50,342 nt of DNA from Candidatus Woesearchaeota archaeon (GTDB taxonomy: Archaea; Nanobdellota; Nanobdellia; SCGC-AAA011-G17; GW2011-AR17), in NCBI GenBank assembly GCA_964621125.1, contig CAZUKZ010000003.1, forward strand, positions 1-50,342. Direction: 5' to 3'. Shown here in pieces: positions 27,323 to 33,587 of this stretch. The notes beneath the pieces were generated by a model that saw only the letters and a program-made list of their open reading frames with translations, searched no databases and had not been told where the DNA came from. A program made the position numbers and the translations under genes. The stretch's first letter is position 1. Each line of letters begins with the position of its first letter.

Positions 27323-28519
27323 ATGTTCATTGAAATCATCATAGCATTAGTTATTGGATTATTGTTAGGTATGATAACTGGATTAACTCCAGGTATCCAC
27401 ATCAACCTTATCTCAGTAATCATATTTTCTCTTAGCCCCGTACTATTGAAATTCACAACCTCAGAAGCCTTAGCAGTAACAATAACATCTATGGCCGTGA
27501 CCCATACCTTCATAGATACAATCCCATCTATTTTTTTAGGAGCACCTGAAGGCGATACAGCCTTGTCAGTCCTTCCTGGACATCGGCTTTTATTGCAAGG
27601 GAAGGGACATGAAGCAGTAATGCTTACTGTGTTAGGGTCACTATTTGCCCTCACTATTTCAGTATGTCTTGTCCCATTGGTAATTCTAGTAGTATCTAAT
27701 CTCTATCCCATAATTAAGAGCTACATAGGATATGCCATCCTTTCCACTGTAGTCTTTCTTCTATATAAGGAGAGAAAGCTATGGGCCTTAATCATATTTT
27801 TCATTACAGGGGTGCTAGGAATTGCTGTACTAAATATCAACAACCTTGCCGAGCCCCTCTTTCCTTTATTCTCGGGATTGTTTGGGACAAGCATGCTCAT
27901 CCTAAGTATCAAGGACAACACAAAAGTCCCTCCACAAAAACGCTCGGACATAGGAGTGGGGAAATCTGTATGTGCAAAAGCGGTATCCGCCTCTGTAATC
28001 TCTGGGTGGGTATGTAGTTTCATGCCTGGATTAGGACCTTCACAGGCTGCAGTGCTTGCTTCACAGTTTACTAAAAATTTAGGGAGCAAAGGCTTTTTAG
28101 TCTTGGTAGGTGGATTAAGTACAGTTAACATGACGCTGAGCTTTGTTACGGTGTATGCATTAGACAAAGCGAGGAACGGAGCAGTCATTACTATAATGGA
28201 ACTTATTGGTAGCTTTGATCTGATGATGCTTGCAATCTTATTAGGAGTTGCATTAGTGGTTGGTGGATTGGCTGTAATCCTAGCAAGTGTATTTTCTGGA
28301 TTATTCTCCAAAATTATGAGCAAAGTGAACTATAGAATAGTTTGTCTATTCATAATCTCCCTCATTGTAGTCTTAGTTTGTATAATCTCAGGCTATTTGG
28401 GTTTGGTTGTGTTAATAGTTTCAACGTTTGTGGGCATATTGCCTGCGTTGAGAGGGGTGGGCAGAAATAACATGATGGGTTGTTTATTGTTGCCTATTAT
28501 GTTATTTTTCCTTTTATAG
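27323..28519 (+). CDS. TctA/DUF112-like polytopic membrane transporter
   Basis: About 10-12 TMs with the repeated GLTPGIH / MPGLGPSQAA motifs characteristic of the TctA family. Confidence 0.55.
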   Translation: MFIEIIIALVIGLLLGMITGLTPGIHINLISVIIFSLSPVLLKFTTSEALAVTITSMAVTHTFIDTIPSIFLGAPEGDTALSVLPGHRLLLQGKGHEAVMLTVLGSLFALTISVCLVPLVILVVSNLYPIIKSYIGYAILSTVVFLLYKERKLWALIIFFITGVLGIAVLNINNLAEPLFPLFSGLFGTSMLILSIKDNTKVPPQKRSDIGVGKSVCAKAVSASVISGWVCSFMPGLGPSQAAVLASQFTKNLGSKGFLVLVGGLSTVNMTLSFVTVYALDKARNGAVITIMELIGSFDLMMLAILLGVALVVGGLAVILASVFSGLFSKIMSKVNYRIVCLFIISLIVVLVCIISGYLGLVVLIVSTFVGILPALRGVGRNNMMGCLLLPIMLFFLL

Positions 28520-28566
28520 AAAATGCCACCATTAAACTTCCAACACAACCCACAATAAAACACACA

Positions 28567-29997
28567 CTAAGTTTTGTTCATATCAATAGTATGATCTGAA
28601 TTATTAATAATCTCAATTTTATTGTCAGCGACTAACACAGTGTTATTTTTATCGATTATTTTTTGCAAAACCTGCACTAAAGTAGGTAAATCGCTTAAGT
28701 GAAGACCTTTTGTGGGAGTGTCTAAGATATAAATACATCTATCACCTAACTTTTTTGAAAGCACTTTTGCAAGCCTTACTCTTTGTGCTTCTCCCCCACT
28801 TAAAGAATCAGATTTTTGTCCTAAAGTTAAATAGCCTAATCCTACCTCTTGTAAAAATCCCAGCTTTCTCTTTACTAATTTTGATTCTGAAAAAATCTTA
28901 ACCACTTCATCAATAGTCAGTTCTAATAAATCACCAATACTCACATTTTTATATTTTGCTGATAATACTCTTGAAGAGAAGGTTTCTTTACTTTCAATAA
29001 TATTTTTAGTTACAATAAAATCTGACTTTTTCAATCCAATCTTTTTTGACCTAGGAAGGTTAACATAAATATTCCTGATACTATCCCAAATATCGAGATA
29101 CGTAACAGGTCTGCTAGTTGGGTGATTGTTAACAGGGATTTGTTCAACTAAATACGTCCTTCTAACATTTTGTTTTCCAACAATCTCCCCATAGGCACTA
29201 TTTTTTTCTCTAATTTTCCACGCATTTTTACCCTTAAACAAAGCAGAATAAACTATACTCAAAATTGTTGATTTCCCTGTACTCGAATTTCCGCAAACAC
29301 ACACTAAAGAGCCTAAAGGGAATTTAAAAGTATAATCTTTTAGATTATTTTTGTTTATTTTTTGTAAAGTGACAAATTTTTTTTGCATTGCCTTTGCTTT
29401 TTTGCTTGGATTTCTTTTATAATGAACAATTTCAGATTTATTGGAAAAAATATAATCTGCAGTGATGCTCTTGGATTTTTTGAATTGATCTAAACTTCCT
29501 TGAAAAATAATCTCCCCCCCATATTTTCCAGATTTGGGGCCAAATTCAATTATATGATCTGCACCCTTAATGATTTCTTTTGAATGTTCAATGACAATAA
29601 CCGATTTTCCATTTTTAACTAATTTCTTAAGTTTGTTCAATATATCTCTACTTCCATCTATACTCATTCCTACACATGGTTCATCAACAATCAACAAATC
29701 ATTTTTCTTTAAACCCTTAATTATCTCATCTAAACGCCAAAGATTATATTCCCCTAGACTTACTTTGAAATCCTTAGGAACAACAACTTTCTGATTAATT
29801 GCAAATACATTAGGTAATCTTGAAATATCACATCCTACTTTATCTCCTTGAGAAGATTTGTATAAAATATCATAAATAAGAGAAGTTTTCCCACTTCCGC
29901 TAGGACCAACCACAACTACTAATTTGTGCAATGGTATTTCTATAGAAACATTTTTTAAATTATGAATATCCGCATTTGTTATTGTTATTGATTCCAC
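28567..29997 (-). CDS. UvrA-like tandem ABC ATPase, minimal form (no Zn modules or accessory domains)
   Basis: IHNLKNVSIEIPLHKLVVVVGPSGSGKTSLIYDILY and NNLKDYTFKFPLGSLVCVCGNSSTGKST start the two halves. EVGLGYLTLGQKSDSLSGGEAQRVRLAKVL followed by IYILDTPTKGLH matches the UvrA C-terminus. Confidence 0.8.
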   Translation of the reverse strand: MESITITNADIHNLKNVSIEIPLHKLVVVVGPSGSGKTSLIYDILYKSSQGDKVGCDISRLPNVFAINQKVVVPKDFKVSLGEYNLWRLDEIIKGLKKNDLLIVDEPCVGMSIDGSRDILNKLKKLVKNGKSVIVIEHSKEIIKGADHIIEFGPKSGKYGGEIIFQGSLDQFKKSKSITADYIFSNKSEIVHYKRNPSKKAKAMQKKFVTLQKINKNNLKDYTFKFPLGSLVCVCGNSSTGKSTILSIVYSALFKGKNAWKIREKNSAYGEIVGKQNVRRTYLVEQIPVNNHPTSRPVTYLDIWDSIRNIYVNLPRSKKIGLKKSDFIVTKNIIESKETFSSRVLSAKYKNVSIGDLLELTIDEVVKIFSESKLVKRKLGFLQEVGLGYLTLGQKSDSLSGGEAQRVRLAKVLSKKLGDRCIYILDTPTKGLHLSDLPTLVQVLQKIIDKNNTVLVADNKIEIINNSDHTIDMNKT

Positions 29998-30051
29998 ATA
30001 GAATTAATAAATTCTCAGATTTAAGAGTTTTACGTTTAACCAGAAATACAA

Positions 30052-30124
30052 CGCCTCGGGCAGGACTTGAACCTGCGACCTTGCGGTTAACAGCCGCATG
30101 CTCCACCAACTGAGCTACCGAGGC
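30052..30124 (-). tRNA. tRNA-Asn (anticodon GTT)
   Basis: Manual cloverleaf fold: GCCTCGG/TA/GCTC-AGTTGGTG-GAGC/A/TGCGG-CTGTTAA-CCGCA/AGGTC/GCAGG-TTCAAGT-CCTGC/CCGAGGC/G. It is 73 nt, with no intron and no encoded CCA. Confidence 0.95.
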
Positions 30125-30155
30125 AACTTGTGCTCTCTTCTAGAATTATCAGATG

Positions 30156-30171
30156 CTTTAAAAAGATTTCG
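30156..30171 (-). promoter_or_regulatory. BRE/TATA promoter of tRNA-Asn (CGAAATC-TTTTTAAAG on minus strand)
   Basis: A/T box preceded by a purine-rich BRE-like heptamer, about 30 nt upstream of the tRNA 5' end. Confidence 0.4.
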
Positions 30172-30247
30172 TCTAAAATCTTCACTACCATTTGGTAAAA
30201 ATCATAGAAAGGTTTAAATATGGCTAATTTTCACACAGAATATTAAG

Positions 30248-31324
30248 ATGACAAACTTACTATTTGGCCTAGATGAAGTTTTTCTCATAAAACCCGGAGA
30301 TTCCAATTCTCAGCATGACTATCCTGTATTTGAGCTTATACAAGGAGATTTTAGATTTATATGCCACCATGAATGCCTAGATGAAAGAATTGTGGAGGAA
30401 GTAAAACTTATTGCAGATATCAAAAAATTTGGCAGATACGTATTAGGGCTGGGAGATACTCCAAATTTCACAGAATTCAGGGATGGTGTAAAAACTCCAA
30501 AAAGAACCCACTACTCACTTTCTGTTACTCCCAAAAATATGTTCACAGAAGGAATTATAAAGCACATATATATCCCCTCAAATGATACACCTTTCCCAAA
30601 TGTCACAGAACCAACACTTCTATTTTCTGACTCATCTGATCTCAATTGGGAATGGGCATACTACAAAGCTCAAGAATACGAAACCTACTGGCGATCATAT
30701 GACCAACATGGCAACGGCTGTTTCCTTACACCAGAGTTCATGAAAGAATCCCTAGCAAGAAAGGTCGAATTAGTCTTGCATGAAGATTGGCATCATAATT
30801 TCACCAAATGGGCGGGAGTCCAACCAGAACCTAATATCGATGAAAGTGTTGCCACATTCCTCGGGCTTTATGGAGCTGTCGCTTATATGAAAGATAAGTT
30901 TGGGACTAGTGCACCTGAATTCTTCTCAGCCATGTCCGCATTAACCGATTCCACTATTCTCTATAATTTTGTTAATTCCTATAGTTCCATCCTAAGCACA
31001 ATATCTAAGGCCAATATAACGGAAAGCGAAAAGTCGAGCCTTGTTCAAGCTACAAAAGAGATTATGGGGAAAAAGCGCCCAGGGACAACCATAGGAGAAC
31101 TTAGCAGCAGATTGCCATACTCAAAAAATTTTTTCTTAGTAAGAGATATCTATAGCTCCCTTATTGATACCATTAGCTCTCGAGGACTGGAAGCACTTAT
31201 GGAAATACTGAGCATACTGCCTGCAAAGGAAAACAGTGCTGTAGATTACCTCAGGAGCCAAAAGTCAAAAATGGGGCGCACGAGAGACACCATAGATATC
31301 CCAATAACTGTCGATGATGAATGA
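30248..31324 (+). CDS. putative zinc metallopeptidase (HExxH; DUF2265/'aminopeptidase'-like), no signal peptide
   Basis: VLHEDWHHNF (HExxH) plus NIDESVATFLG (candidate third ligand). Paralogous to the next gene. Confidence 0.55.
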   Translation: MTNLLFGLDEVFLIKPGDSNSQHDYPVFELIQGDFRFICHHECLDERIVEEVKLIADIKKFGRYVLGLGDTPNFTEFRDGVKTPKRTHYSLSVTPKNMFTEGIIKHIYIPSNDTPFPNVTEPTLLFSDSSDLNWEWAYYKAQEYETYWRSYDQHGNGCFLTPEFMKESLARKVELVLHEDWHHNFTKWAGVQPEPNIDESVATFLGLYGAVAYMKDKFGTSAPEFFSAMSALTDSTILYNFVNSYSSILSTISKANITESEKSSLVQATKEIMGKKRPGTTIGELSSRLPYSKNFFLVRDIYSSLIDTISSRGLEALMEILSILPAKENSAVDYLRSQKSKMGRTRDTIDIPITVDDE

Positions 31325-31366
31325 TTTTTTAGAAAATTATATAATATCATACTTCATCATACTTTT

Positions 31367-32389
31367 ATGTTTAAGAAAGCCCTATTGACATTAACTGCTT
31401 TACTATCTTCTTCATGCGGTACAATACCATCCCCGACCATAATACCTCCGGGATGCACAGAAGTCCAAGTACAGATAGAAAATTTTGCGTTTAAAACGTG
31501 CAAGGAGGCGTTGGATGAAAGAGTAATCAGAGAATTTGACCTTATAAGAAGAGTAAAGAACTTTGGCAAGGAAACTTTAGGCTATGAAGAAACAGGAAAC
31601 TATAAAGAGTATCGAGATGGTAAATTTTTTCCTAAGAAAACACAGTATCTTCTTTTCGTTGCTCCAAAGAATATGCTCCCAGAGAAATGGGAAAATTTTA
31701 AGACAATTACTAAAAAAGGAGACCATTTCAAGGATGATAAGAAGCCTACTATAATATGGTCTTTATACAAGGATGACCTCAAGGATGAATTGCAAAAGTA
31801 TGAAAGCAAAGGTTATGAAACTTTTTGGAGATCTTTTGATAGCTATGGTGGAGGTTGTGCGTTAACGCCAAAATTGATTAAGGCGCAAATGCCATGGAAA
31901 ATCTCTGTAGTACTGCATGAGGATTGGCATTATAATTTTGCTAAAAGGACAGTAGGAAATCCTGATCCAAACATCAATGAAAGCACCGCTTCTTTCCTAG
32001 GGTATGTAGGGGCAATCGAGTTTAGCAAATTTGAGTTTGGCATTGGATCTAAAGAGCATAAAGGTGCGTTAAAGCAATTTGAGAAAAAGAAGAAGCATGC
32101 GGATGTCGTCATAAGGTATCATAGAGTGTTAAGAGCTGTGTTCAATTCCAACTTATCAGAAAAAGATAAGGATAGAGAAAGGGATAGGCTGTTGGATGAA
32201 ATGGAAGAGGAGGGGTTTGGGATGGGTGTGATGCAAATATGGGATGCTGTGCCATACACTAAATATTTTATGTTGTGGAATGCTGTGTACGAAAAACAAG
32301 GAAGTAACCTTAAGAACCTAAATCAAATATTACGGGGTTTGCCCAATACGGATGAGCTAGCAGTGAAATTTTTGGAGAAGTTTCTCTAA
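31367..32389 (+). CDS. putative zinc metallopeptidase lipoprotein (HExxH; paralog of 30248..31324)
   Basis: N-terminal LTLTALLSSSC lipobox-like signal, then VLHEDWHYNF and NINESTASFLG. Collinear similarity to the upstream gene, for example ETYWRSYD/ETFWRSFD and LDERIVEE/LDERVIRE. Confidence 0.55.
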   Translation: MFKKALLTLTALLSSSCGTIPSPTIIPPGCTEVQVQIENFAFKTCKEALDERVIREFDLIRRVKNFGKETLGYEETGNYKEYRDGKFFPKKTQYLLFVAPKNMLPEKWENFKTITKKGDHFKDDKKPTIIWSLYKDDLKDELQKYESKGYETFWRSFDSYGGGCALTPKLIKAQMPWKISVVLHEDWHYNFAKRTVGNPDPNINESTASFLGYVGAIEFSKFEFGIGSKEHKGALKQFEKKKKHADVVIRYHRVLRAVFNSNLSEKDKDRERDRLLDEMEEEGFGMGVMQIWDAVPYTKYFMLWNAVYEKQGSNLKNLNQILRGLPNTDELAVKFLEKFL

Positions 32390-32439
32390 AAGATTTATGA
32401 AAATAAAAAATTATATTTTAGGATATATATCTTTCAAAA

Positions 32440-32474
32440 TTAGTGGACACGACAAACACACGTAGCCTATATAA
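32440..32474 (+). promoter_or_regulatory. Conserved 23-nt motif (copy 2, 32444-32466 TGGACACGACAAACACACGTAGC) fused to TATA-like box CTATATAA
   Basis: 22/23 identical to copy 1. The TATA start lies 31 nt before the ATG at 32498, a leaderless-type spacing. Confidence 0.6.
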
Positions 32475-32497
32475 ATTAGCATTCTGATATCCATCTT

Positions 32498-33577
32498 ATG
32501 AAAACTGATGTTAGAACCTTGGTTCCACAGGGATGGAAAACTGAAGATGTTAGTTTGCATCTTATGAAAGTTAGTAAAAATAAACTAGCCAAAAGCATCA
32601 TATTCCCCAAAATAATTAAAATAGATAATCATTTTGTTGAAGGCATAGCTTTATTTTTAGGTGATGGTGATTTTAATCGAAAAGAAAAAAGGCATACAAC
32701 TTTTGCGAGTAAAGATAAGGACATCACAAAACATTATCTAGATTTTTTAAGAAAATACTTCTATATTGAAGATAAGGATATTTCTTTTTCAATCAGATAT
32801 AAACGGACTAACCCAAATATGATTCAATCCTGGAAAGAAACCTTGAAAATTAATAAAAACATTAATTCTTATCAGAGTGACAGATCTTTATCCGAAGCTT
32901 TACATATACAAGTTAATAGTGTTGTTTTTAGACACTTATTTGAGAATATCATTAATTATACTTTGAAATTAAGGATTTTTGAGCAAATTGAGTTACGCAA
33001 AGCGTTCCTAAGAGGAATATTCGCTGCCGAAGGCAATATTGGGATAAAAAGAAAGGAAAAATATATCAATCAAATAACTTTTTCTTTCTCAAAGAAAGAA
33101 ATGCACTTAGCAAAAATTGTGAAATTTGCTTTAGCTAAAGAAAACATAAGTTCTAAAATCTTGCCCCCACGAAAAAATTGCTTAGAAGTCAATATACAAA
33201 ATTGGAAAAATTATCATCTTTTGTGGAAAATTGATTTATTTAGTATATGTAGTAGAAAACAACAAGATTTCCTAATGATTTTAAAAAATTTACATGTCTA
33301 CTGTAATTTAGATGATAAATTCAGGTTTAAATTATTTGAAAGCTTAAATCTAACTCAAAGAGAAATAGCTAGACTTCTTAATTCTTGGCAAGGAAACATT
33401 GCACATATGATCAAAGGGAAAAATCTTATATCTATTGCAAGATTAAAGCGATTAGCAAAATATAGTTGTATCACTGAAGAGAAAATTATAGAAAATATCA
33501 AATTCTTAAGAATTGGTTGTTTAACAAAATTAGATGCAGACAAAAAATTTATCAAACTTTTGTTCCACTACAAATGA
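32498..33577 (+). CDS. free-standing double-motif LAGLIDADG endonuclease-like protein with C-terminal Cro/C1-type HTH
   Basis: Motif 1 is GIALFLGDGDF and motif 2 is FLRGIFAAEGNIG, so both acidic catalytic positions are retained. The C-terminal LTQREIARLLNSWQGNIAHMIKGKN..ARLKRLA is an XRE-type HTH pattern. Confidence 0.7.
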   Translation: MKTDVRTLVPQGWKTEDVSLHLMKVSKNKLAKSIIFPKIIKIDNHFVEGIALFLGDGDFNRKEKRHTTFASKDKDITKHYLDFLRKYFYIEDKDISFSIRYKRTNPNMIQSWKETLKINKNINSYQSDRSLSEALHIQVNSVVFRHLFENIINYTLKLRIFEQIELRKAFLRGIFAAEGNIGIKRKEKYINQITFSFSKKEMHLAKIVKFALAKENISSKILPPRKNCLEVNIQNWKNYHLLWKIDLFSICSRKQQDFLMILKNLHVYCNLDDKFRFKLFESLNLTQREIARLLNSWQGNIAHMIKGKNLISIARLKRLAKYSCITEEKIIENIKFLRIGCLTKLDADKKFIKLLFHYK

Positions 33578-33587
33578 ATAAACTACA

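Noticed and set aside
27283-28323. Minus-strand ORFs of 123 aa (27283..27654) and 200 aa (27721..28323), plus the plus-strand ORF 27781..28017
   Set aside because: All lie inside the TctA-like membrane gene in an antisense or alternative frame. They have no motifs and are shadow ORFs of a gene with biased codon usage.
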